NCBI GenBank assembly: GCA_964035545.1
Contig: OZ037772.1
Location: 4,218,033-4,282,032 of the forward strand
Reading direction: 5' to 3'
DNA from: Bugula neritina
Taxonomy: Eukaryota > Animalia > Bryozoa
Length of the DNA stretch: 64,000 nucleotides
The notes beneath the pieces are model-generated. The model saw nothing but the letters and a program-made list of their open reading frames with translations, was not told the DNA's origin and did not search any database. How positions within the stretch are numbered: position 1 is the stretch's first letter; every line of letters starts with the position of its first letter. A program made the translations under genes and the position numbers. Of the stretch, positions 1 to 11,304 are shown one piece after another.

Positions 1-1280
1 TCAACTAATAAAACACACAGATAGACTAAGAAACTGGAGCGGTGCACGAGAGCGATTGGCACCTCCACCAAATGTTGTGGTGGGGTTTTACTAATTTTGA
101 GTATTATAAACTCACCGAATAATATATTTAATATGGCCTTGGGGTGAGCTCGGGGTCGGTGTGCAGTTGCGGGTTTATAGCTTGGCTGCGAGGTAACTCC
201 AGCTCCTGTCTGTCTGGTAGGGGTGAAGTTGAGACTCCGGGTTAGAGTAGTTGGCTGGTGGTGCTCCTCGGTCTATGGTCCTGAGCTAGCACTCACAAAC
301 GTACTCTAACACATTCTAATTAGGTTGCACACATTCTATATAACTATTCACAATCGTTCCTCAATCTGTCTCAAGTCTTCCCCATTCTCCCATTTTCACT
401 AGGTTATATAGCTATCACACTCACACAAGCCACACCCACACTATAAGTAATATTAATGTCAAACTTAGAGTTGTGCACCCCACACACATGCAACAGCAAG
501 AGATGACAACTACACATATACTTATAAATCCAGATATAACAATCATAATGATTATTATTATCATTTATCGCTTATCAGTGATAATCATAATCATAACGAT
601 GATCTTGATCATAATCAATATGAATATCAATATCATGTTATACTTATTCAATAATTATAATTGATTGATTCTTTATTTTTTATTCATATTAATAATGAAT
701 AAAAAATTATATTAACACTACAACTTACTTAATTAGAGTATTTATTACTATTAGTATTACTATTATTCATTATTAGTATTAGTATTACTATTACTATTAG
801 TATTACTTACAACTTGCTTATGCAAGAGAATTAAATCTTTAAAGCGTAGCATCCTTTTCAAGCAAAATAAGGATAATAAGTTTCGTCAAATTGAGTTAAA
901 AACTACAACTTATAAGTCACAAGTATAATAATAAAGCAACTTATGCTCAGTCATCACTAATCCTAGTGGGTACGGCAAGCATATAGCATAATTTATTTCA
1001 CAATGCGACAAGATTATCTAGACGGTGCGATTGTACTTAAGCAATATCCAATTGTACGGTTTTTATGACTTTAAAATCCGTTTTTGAGAAGCAAGGCTAG
1101 ATAGAAGTTAATGATCGATATTGACTCGCTAAGAGCTTTCATGTAAACCCGCAAACTACAACTTTTAACTTGACCGCAAAGCTGGAAGTACGATAAGCGT
1201 CGCCGTATTGATTTCAGGCGAATTTTAGTTGATTTCTTTCAAACTGCTGAGAAGTAATATTTGCTTCCATTTTATGTCTG

Positions 1281-1945
1281 TATCAGCCATCAGGGCTTAC
1301 TTGACTTACTTGAAGATGCAATCACGTTAGACCACTATATTAGTGTAAGCGACGTGCCTCGTTTGGTGAACAGAATTATTAAATGTAGTTAATACTTTTA
1401 TCGCATAAGTGCAGTTCTGTTTTAAGACTTTGGTGCCAGTACAGGGCCTTATGAGTCCTGTCTGTGAGCAGCATTTGATGTTATTTTCATATCACGTATT
1501 GTTCTGGGTAGGAAGCTGGCATGAAATAGTGAGGTGTTGGTTCTAAAAGTGGTGGGCATGCCATTTGACTGGGACCTGGTGGTAACTGATGTAGTCGGCT
1601 GATCGATGAGGTGTTCATACGACTTTGAGAGTGAAGGATGATATTCCTCTTTGGCCAGGATCCGCATCAAGAGACTAAGTGGTAGGTCTTTGCGCCTGTT
1701 TTGCAGGGGGGCTAATCCAAGCCTAGATCTTGCCTCATCTGAGCCAACCCTGCCTTTAATACCTGCCACAAATCTCACAGCCTGCTCTTGCACTTGCTCA
1801 ATATCTACTACAGCCTTCTTGGAGCTGGGGTCCCACACAGCAGCAGCATATTCTAGGTGAGGACGACACAGGGCTTTGTATGCTATTAACTTCGCCTTTT
1901 CTGGTGCCCAATACAGTGCCCTTTTAATCATCCCGAGTTGTCGTT
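1281..1945 (-). mobile_element. 5'-truncated non-LTR retrotransposon (LINE, CR1/L2/RTE-type ORF2 C-terminus plus 3' UTR)
   Basis: ORF 1449-1931(-) has the post-RT motifs AYKALCRPHLEYAAAVWDP, IEQVQ..AVRFV and SFLPRTIRD. It has a CAAGTA-like short-repeat tail near 1297-1312. The paralogous site in copy B is empty (TTATGTCTG^ATCGCGAT at 49849/49850). Confidence 0.88.
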
Positions 1946-3253
1946 ATCGCGATACAATTATAAATGTTCTTAATTCAATCAATATTATGAAATAATTAAT
2001 GTAGGAAATTCAATTTTGACTATATAGAATAATCTCAATCTGAATAAGTATTATTTATTTATTGTAACACTTGCACATCGTCTTACTCTTACTCTTAGTC
2101 AGATAACATAGTACATACTGATACTCATACTCATACTGATACTCAATCCCATACTCAATCTCATACTGAGTCTGATACTCATAGTCATAGTGATAGTCTT
2201 TGCCAGATTATTGCTAGATAATTTAAGCTAGTACTAGTACTACTACTAGTAGTACTAGTACTAGTAGTACTACTACTAGTACTAGTAGTAGTACTAATAA
2301 TCACAGTACTAAAGTAAATTAGTAGTACTAATAGTAATAGTATTAGAGTAATACTAATACTAATAGTAATACTACCACTAGTAGTAGCAGTAGTGCTAGT
2401 AGTAGTAGGCTACATGATGATGATCATTATGATTATGATTATGAAGGTGGTTATTACTATAACTGTTACGGTATGAGTATAACTATAACTGTATTAGTAT
2501 TTGGTTTTATTTTGCATTGCTAATTGAAGACGATGCGTTAAAATTAACTGTTTCTCTCTTTTCTAAATTACATTTCAAGTTGCACACTACTAGACATATA
2601 TGCTTTCAATTTTTTGGTCTATCTTCAAGTTGTGAAACTTGACCAGTATGACTACGACTAACTGTAACTAGAATAAAATATTGAATAATAGAGAAGTTCC
2701 ATACCGTTACACCTCCTTTGACTTGTGCTACCGTCGGTAGTGCTAAAAGAGTGGAGCCAAAGAAAAGCATCATCACAGAATTCACAGCCTGCTGGTTTGA
2801 GATTTTTGTGGTCTAAAGATTGTACTGGGTTACAGAGATCTTTTTCCGTCTGTGAATTTTTGATCCCTGCGGTTGTTTCTGGCTGTGGGTAGTTGGGGGT
2901 GTTGAGGGAGTGGGCTCACTGGGTAGGCTATATTATTGTAATCATATTAACCAACTTGACAGTTTACTAATTCATTGTCTAACTCTGTCTGTCTTAGTCT
3001 AGTAACACTATTTATTTATTTATTTACTTATTAATTTATTTATTCGACTAAATCTTGTCTGTCTTTGTCTAGTAACACTATTTATTTATTTATTTACTTA
3101 TTAATTTAATTAAATTACTAGTTTATATTACCAAGTTATATTACTAGTTTATACTGCTAGTATTCAACAACTATTCTCCATCACATCTCAACTCTGACGC
3201 AACTACACTGACTAAACATCGGTATAGTTTATAGTTTATGTTGAACTCTTCAG

Positions 3254-4190
3254 ACCCTGAGAACTGTGCGTGTGGCTTCACCTGCGAGTGTGGTGCCTGT
3301 GTTTGGGTATGTGACCTTGACAGAAACTGTGGGAAGCTGCAGATCTGTTTGGAGAAAAGATGTTATCAGCAGGCCTCACCAGATGACAGAACAGTTGTCT
3401 GGGTTCTTTATCACTCAGAACTAGTAGAATGTTCTTCAGGTTTGAATGCGAAATCTTTGTTCTAAACTCTATTAGAGTTTAAAAGTGTTGCTTTTTGTTG
3501 TACTCATATCTGTGCTGGCCAGGATTTTTGAATGATTTTTGTAATGTATTTACATAACAGAGTGTAACCTTAAAGCTGAATTTGCTTTATTTTCTACATA
3601 TTTTGGTTTGCGATTTTTCAGTAGAAACGAGGCATCACACTTGGTGTGATTATCAGCATTTTTTGCAGGTGCTTCTATCCGTGTACTGACAACACAGCCT
3701 GTCCTAGTGATGGACAAATCTGTCACCATGGTGTCTGTAAAGAGGGCTGTCAGGTGAGTAGTCGCTATGACCTACACTGCGAGTTATTGATGACTTTCAT
3801 ACTATGAGTTGTGACTGCCTACTATAATTTATACTGCGAGTCCAAGTAGCTGCTGTAACTTATGCTGTGAGTCATGACTAACTGAAATCACTTATACTGT
3901 GAGTCATGACTAACTGATATCACTTATACTGTGAGTCAATTATCAAAAATAGCAAAGAAGTAGAGATATGTTGTGTATGTGAGATATGTGAGGTTATTTA
4001 GTGACTAGTTCGCTATTTATAGAGTTTTGTTTCTATTAATAGACTGTACTGAAAATGAACAATGTGGATCTGAGTTTACTGAATGCATATCCAACATATG
4101 CTATCAGCTTTATCCTCTCAACAATCCAGATCTTTCTGATGCTGAGCAGGACAGACTCTTTGATGATCGGCTGGATCTACAGAATGATGG
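3254..4190 (+). pseudogene. Three Cys-rich repeat exons (3254-3439, 3669-3753, 4043-4190), probable N-terminal region of the collagen
   Basis: AG/GT-bounded exons encode CACGFTCECGACVWVCDLDRNCGKLQICLEKRC, CFYPCTDNTACPSDGQICHHGVCKEGC and CTENEQCGSEFTECISNIC. Exon phases do not chain cleanly, implying frameshifts or lost exons. Confidence 0.6.
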
Positions 4191-6100
4191 TAAGTTACTC
4201 TGTTAGTACAGTTACTCTGTTAGTATAGTTACTCTTTTAGTACAGTTACTCTGTTAGTATAGTTACTCTGTTAGTATAGTTACTCTGTTAGTATAGTTAC
4301 TCTGTTAGTATAGTTACTCTGTTAGTACAGTTACTCTGTTAGTATAGTTACTCTGTTAGTATAATTACTCTGTTAGTACAGTTACTCTGTTAGTACAGTT
4401 ACTCTGTTAGTATAGTTACTCTGTTAGTATAGTTACTCTGTTAGTATAGTTACTCTTTTAGTACAGTTACTCTGTTAGTATAGTTACTCTGTTAGTATAG
4501 TTACTCTGTTAGTACAGTTACTCTGTTAGTATAGTTACTCTGTTAGTACAGTTACTCTGTTAGTATAGTTGCTCTGTTAGTATAGTTACTCTGTTAGTAT
4601 AGTTACTCTGTTAGTATAGTTACTCTGTTAGTACAGTTACTCTGTTAGTATAGTTACTCTGTTAGTATAGTTACTCTGTTAGTACAGTTACTCTGTTAGT
4701 ACAGTTACTCTGTTAGTATATTTACTCTGTTAGTACAGTTACTCTGTTAGTATAGTTACTCTGTTAGTATAGTTACTCTGTTAGTATAGTTACTCTGTTA
4801 GTATAGTTACTCTGTTAGTACAGTTACTCTGTTAGTATAGTTACTCTGTTAGTATAGCTACTCTGTTAGTATAGTTACTCTGTTAGTACAGTTACTCTGT
4901 TAGTTTAGTTACTCTGTTAGTATAATTACTCTGTTAGTATAGTTACTCTGTTAGTACGGTTACTCTGTTAATACGGTTACTCTGTTAGTATAGTTACTCT
5001 GTTAGTTTAGTTACTCTGTTAGTATAATTACTCTGTTAGTATAGTTACTCTGTTAGTACGGTTACTCTGTTAGTACGGTTACTCTGTTAGTATAGTTACT
5101 CTGTTAGTATAGTTACTCTGTTAGTATAGTTACTCTGTTAGTACAGTTACTCTGTTAGTATAGTTACTCTGTTAGTACAGTTACTCTGTTAGTATAGTTA
5201 CTCTGTTAGTATAATTACTCTGTTAGTACAGTTACTCTGTTAGTATAGCTACTCTGTTAGTATAGTTACTCTGTTAGTACAGTTACTCTGTTAGTTTAGT
5301 TACTCTGTTAGTATAATTACTCTGTTAGTATAGTTACTCTGTTAGTACGGTTACTCTGTTAATACGGTTACTCTGTTAGTATAGTTACTCTGTTAGTTTA
5401 GTTACTCTGTTAGTATAATTACTCTGTTAGTATAGTTACTCTGTTAGTACGGTTACTCTGTTAGTACGGTTACTCTGTTAGTTTAGTTACTCTGTTAGTA
5501 TAATTACTCTGTTAGTATAGTTACTCTGTTAGTATAGTTACTCTGTTAGTTTAGTTACTCTGTTAGTATAGTTACTCTGTTAGTTTAGTTACTCTGTTAG
5601 TATAGTTACTCTGTTAGTACAGTTACTCTGTTAGTATAGTTACTCTGTTAGTACGGTTACTCTGTTAATACGGTTACTCTGTTAGTATAGTTACTCTGTT
5701 AGTTTAGTTACTCTGTTAGTATAATTACTCTGTTAGTATAGTTACTCTGTTAGTACGGTTACTCTGTTAGTACGGTTACTCTGTTAGTTTAGTTACTCTG
5801 TTAGTATAATTACTCTGTTAGTATAGTTACTCTGTTAGTATAGTTACTCTGTTAGTTTAGTTACTCTGTTAGTATAGTTACTCTGTTAGTTTAGTTACTC
5901 TGTTAGTATAGTTACTCTGTTAGTACAGTTACTCTGTTAGTATAGTTACTCTGTTAGTACAGTTACTCTGTTAGTATAGTTACTCTGTTAGTACAGTTAC
6001 TCTGTTGGTACAGTTACTCTGCTAGTACAGTTACTCTGTTAGTATAATTAATCTGTTAGTACAGTTACTGTTAGTATAGTTACTGTTAGTATAGTTACAG
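4191..6100. repeat. 17-bp minisatellite (AGTTACTCTGTTAGTAY)n, ~110 units
   Basis: Direct reading. It starts at the splice donor of the 4043-4190 exon. Confidence 0.97.
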
Positions 6101-6224
6101 TAACAGTTTGCTAGTCATAATAACTTCCACTGTTAGTTGCTTAACAAGTTATTCTACATCTCTTGTAGCCACAACCAAAGTGGTGTCTATATATCCTGCT
6201 AGTGACTTGAGTAATGACTCATAT

Positions 6225-6678
6225 GTAATTGTAATTAATTACATATCTAATGTAATTGATTTTTGCAATTACTTTACAATTACATCTCAATTACTTTAAA
6301 CTTTTAAATCTTAAAATCTTAAGAAATTTATTCTTTTTTAGCATGACTACTGTTAAATAACAAGTACAGATTACGTCAACGTTGTATAGTATCACTTTTG
6401 CGAACAAAGCACGTTCACCCCTGTCAAAATTGCCCCTGCTAGGTGGACCCTAGAGGTGAAATTTCATAACTTCCATTTGTCCTTTGTGAGAACAAAAGTA
6501 ATTGTAATTGTAATTATTTGCATTGCCATGTAATTGTAATTAATTGCTTTACAATATAGTTTTGTACTGTAATTAATTACATTTATTTCAACTGTAATTA
6601 TAATTATAATTGTAATTGACAAATTATCATGTAATTGTAATTAATTACATTCACATGTAATTGACCCCAACAACCCTG
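6225..6678. mobile_element. One-ended non-autonomous DNA transposon fragment rich in GTAATTG/AATTAC motifs (also at ~52025-52454)
   Basis: Ends in ...AATTGACCCCAACAACCCTG (CAGGG-type terminus, hAT-like), with dense subterminal GTAATTGTAATT motifs. The other terminus was not found. Confidence 0.45.
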
Positions 6679-9600
6679 ATTTATTATGGAGCTCATACTT
6701 TTATTGTTCAAGGTCTAGATGTATTCTCCACCATGTTTTTACTAGAAGTAAACTTTAATTTGGTAATAAGTATAAAATAAACTGTTGTTTCGCATTGTAC
6801 AGTTTACTATTGCCTGAATATTGTATTGAGAATATTGGCTTAACAATTCCAGTGCAGCGATGTGATTGGCCTGACAATATCAAAGTAGTGATGTGATTGG
6901 CTACTCTGTTCTGTTTTGCAGGGCCATGCCTACTTGTATTATGTGTTAATCTTGTTTTGCAGTGAACAGAAAGGGATAATGGGTCCCAAAAGACACCCGG
7001 GATCTTACCATGGAGAGGAAGGGTTCACCCGATGTTGATGGCCTGCCTGGTATATCCGGCAATCCTGGAGATGCAGGAGAAAGGAGACCACCTTGTTTGT
7101 CAGGAGATACCGGACTTTTTGGAGAACCAGGTGATGTTTATGCTCAATTGAGTTCAATCTGTCAAGTTATGTTGGGATCTTTTTCGTTTTCGTTATTTTA
7201 TGTTTGTTACGTGGAAAAAGGAAAAAACTCTGTCTCGGAGCATTTTTGTTTTTTCAGAGGGCTTTGGATTATTTGATTATGGTCTACACAGGGGTGTAGA
7301 CAAACTAAACTACACAGGGGTGTAGACAGACTTAACTACATAGGGGCGTAGACAGACAAAACTTACTACAAACTTATAACTACCCTGCATCATGCTGTCA
7401 TGACGTCTCTATTCTCTCCTATAATTTGACTTTTATTTAGCGAGCAGATTTCTAGTAGGCTATTCTATAGTGACCAGTCACACTGTTTATTGTCGCAACA
7501 TAGAAATCAAGTTGAAAACTAGTTGCACCTGTTGTGATGCTATCAATGGGTGCTTACAGGTAGAGACGGAGTACCTGGACCTGTTGAGATAGGATATCAG
7601 GGTAAACAAGGAGATCAAGGTCCTGCAGGTAACAATGAGGAGTTACTCGCCCTTGCTTGTGTATTTCTGTTCTTTTTAGGTATTCTATAATATGCTGGGG
7701 TTTCCCTCACACTTATGCTATATGCTGGGATTTCCCTCACACTTATGCTATATGCTGGGGTTCTCCTCGCAGCTAGTCTGCACTAAGGCAGTGAGTAGGC
7801 TAAGTAATCATATTGAATCCCAGCAGTGATTGTTAATTCAACTGACAGGATTACTGTGTATGATAGTTGCTCTGACTGGTCTCCATGGATCATTTGTACC
7901 ATACTGTTTACCACATGATGCAATGTCTGAGTAAAAACAAGGAAACAAAGAAATATACCAGAAATGTTGAGAAATTTTGTGTTCCAGAATTAATAAATGA
8001 CTGCTTGTAATGCATACTGGTGTTGCTTGGTTCATAGGACAAGCCGGACAAGCTGGAGAACCCGGTCTGCATGGCAGAAATGGAAAGACAGGAGAAACTG
8101 GACCAGCTGGTATGCCTGGTCCAACTGGCTCAAGGGGGGTCACAGGAGAGCCCGGATCTGATGGAAGGTATTTTTTGTGCTTTACTTCGCCCTATTCAGC
8201 TTCTTTGAACTTTTTATTTGATTTAGTTTTTATAATTTGTTGTCAATTTTTTCAGAGACGGTTTACCTGGAGTACTGGGTGCTGATGGTAGACCTGGGGA
8301 GCAGGGTGATCAAGGACCTCCTGGCTCCATGGGTCCAGTGGGAATCCCCGGTAACACTTACACTGCTAACAGGTTATTGTTACTCATCTTGTTAGTTTAG
8401 TGGTAATAAACCAATAGTCTGTATTTCTAGGGTGAACAAGGGAGAGATGGGGAAATGGGTAGTCCTGGCAGACCTGGACCACCTGGTGAAGCCCCAGTAT
8501 TTGGTTAGTTATTAGCAAAACCAAGTTATTGTTCATTACTTGTATCTTTTTCATTCTCTTTCAACTGTTTATTGGTAATATTTTGGGAATTTCATCTATA
8601 GCCTGTGATTGAAACTTTATTTTATTCTACCATGGGTTATGTTAGGTGCTCCCCTATGATGATGAGTGCAATGATGTCCAACGGTAAAGGTGTACAAGCA
8701 GATGATGCAGGCGCCAACAATGAGCTCTATAATATGTACCTCAGTGAGTAATGGCCATGATGTGATTTGATGTTGCCTGCTTTGTAGTGGAAAGGCCTTT
8801 TTGAATGCTGTTTTGGAACTCAAATGACAGACTCGTTTCGAATTGTTTATGTTTTTACAGACAAACAATTTTATAATTAACTGCTAGAAACTATTGTAAT
8901 AAAAATAGAGACAGCTGTTGTAATGTATTTCTCCTCCTAGCATTGATGATTGACATTCTTTCTTGATGAGTCACCTATTTAGTTCGCTTCTTCAGTCAAA
9001 TGTTTCTACATTCTGACATATTATATAATGCTGATTTTATTGCTGTTAGCTTACATAACTACTTCCACCTTATTTCTCTAGAAATGTAAGTAAGGGACGG
9101 GTCCAAAGACAGCCCTGTTATAGAGACTGTAGAGAACTCTTCACTGAAAACCCAGAGTTCAAGAGTGGAACTTATTGGGTGAGAGAAGATGCTGATATGT
9201 TTCTATTTTCTCTGCTCAGAGGAAATCTGTATCCAAGTCTGATGACTGAAATTCTGTGAACATGTTTTATATTCTACAATTACTACTCCTGAGGTGTCAA
9301 TATCATGTCATGGGAAGTTTCCACAGATATTTAATGTTTAAGAATAAGAGTTTTCCCATGAGTTGCCTGTATTATATAATTCTGTATATTTAACAGCTGA
9401 ACAGGTTTTAGAAGTTTTATGTGATGTTTGTATTGTGTTAGTGTGAAATAGAGAAGTTGTATTCTCTATTGTTTGTTGTCAGGTGGATACAGATGGTGGC
9501 TCCATAGCTAATGCTATCCAGGCTTACTGTTGCAAGGAAATGAAGAGCACTTGTATCAATGTCAAAACCTCTGAGTTCGCCACCAAATCGTACGTCACCC

Positions 9601-10867
9601 AGCAGCTAGATAATCAGCCATTTGTTGCTTTAAACACATGGGAACAGCACTCGTAAGTGTTTATCTTGTATCAACCATGACTTTCTCAGTATTATTTTAG
9701 AATATCCAAAAGTTTTTTTGTTGAGAATTGTCGCTATAGTAACATATTGGTTTCCTGTATGGATGTTGATAAGTGTTGCTATAGTAACATGTTGGTTTCC
9801 TGTATGGATTGTAGTTTGAGTATCTGGCAGAGTTTTCCTAACTCAACTTTCTTCAAATTCACTCTGAGAGAGCAAACCCAGACTGACAGGCAATAGTCAC
9901 TGCCAACAGTTTATCAAATAGTCACTAGTTGCTAGTCACCAGATACTAGTCCTCTACTATGTTGCTAGTCACTTGATAATCTGAACAATCACAGGCCTTT
10001 TTAAAGCTGAGCAAGTTGTTGGTATGACTATTCCATTTGCTGATTGTAGATGTATAAACTCAGTGGCAGTAGAAGACGCATATGGTAGGAAGAATAAGTC
10101 AGTCATTTTATATACAGCTGGTGATAAAGAATACACAGCAACAGATAGCAGGTTCCAATATTCTGCGCTGCAGGATGATTGCAAGGTATGTAAATCTGAC
10201 CTATATACTGCAAATCTGACCTATAAAGTGTAAATCTAATTTATATGGTGTAATTTCGATCTGCACTTGAACATGATTGCGATAGTTGCATCTTTTTTTC
10301 TGTTAATATGCAATATAGCTTGCCTTTGAGTCTTTTTAATAACTACTTATGACTTCAACCCAAAAGCCACTTTGAGTGCTGTACGAGTTTAGAGTTTTGA
10401 GTTTGCTGTCTGCCATTTTGTAGTATGCCAAATCATCAGAAGCTCAGACAGAGATTGACACCAAGACCGCCACCCACTTGCCTATTATTGACATTGCTCC
10501 TGGTGACTTCGGGACCACCCACAAAGAGTTTGGGGTTCAGCTAGGGAGGGTGTTATGCCCCTCCCTGTGACTTTATATATTTAGAAACTGTTGTTAATTT
10601 AGTAATTCTGTTGGTGCATTTAACAGACGCTAGTTAGACATTCCAGCATAGCAATACATAAATAATGTAAATTTCATAACAAAATCACTCAGCCATACGC
10701 AACTATCTGATGCGCGTAGCTTGCACTACGTGAAACAATATTGTAGTCAATAAAATGAATATATAAGTTTATTATTATATTCGAAATTGTATCAGTACCA
10801 AATATAAATACTCTACTTTTCAAAATATTGAGTCCTTTTGATTAATTTTTTAATCGTAGAAACTAAA

Positions 10868-10883
10868 CATATATATATAATAA

Positions 10884-10970
<87 letters not shown>

Positions 10971-11015
10971 TTATATATATATATATAATTAATATATTTA
11001 TATATATATATATTA
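10868..11015. repeat. (TA)n microsatellite
   Basis: Direct reading. Confidence 0.97.
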
Positions 11016-11304
11016 ATTATCCTCATGCAGCCCAGAGAGAAACTCAGTCATCATGATCTTCAATGTAAATAATTTTAATATAAAATAATACATATTATGA
11101 TATAATATAATATTATATTACTCTTTCGGGATAATTATTCTATTTATACTAACACCTGTTTATTTGAAGTACTTTAATAAGTTTTACTTTCAATTTATTT
11201 CTCAAACCAGCATGTCAGTTAAATATAAAAGTACAATCACACATACAACATGTAGACATGTAGTGATATACATTATAAAACATAATTATTATGTTGGTGA
11301 AACG

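Larger units (their letters stand above)
2870..10550 (+). pseudogene. Fibrillar (COLFI) collagen pseudogene, copy A
   Basis: Gly-X-Y exons at ~6963-7130, 7560-7628, 8038-8167, 8256-8350 and 8431-8497; C-telopeptide KGVQADDA at ~8685-8710. COLFI exons: DGSKDSPV..DCREL..SGTYW (9082-9178), VDTDGGS..AIQAYC..TC (9483-9652), CINSVA..QDDCK (~10050-10184), LPIIDIAPGDFG..EFGVQLG (~10423-10545). It has an in-frame TAA (~9087), 2-nt insertions, Gly substitutions and deletions. Linking the upstream exons (2870-4190) to it is inference. Confidence 0.85.
547..10780 (+). repeat. Segmental duplication, copy A (direct repeat of ~49157-57700)
   Basis: Collinear identity by eye: 547-2085 vs 49157-49989 and 6100-10780 vs 51900-57700. 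The ORF track shows paired near-identical ORFs (7010-7276/52786-53052, 8010-8285/53816-54091, 10024-10233/56530-56721). Ends approximate. Confidence 0.93.
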
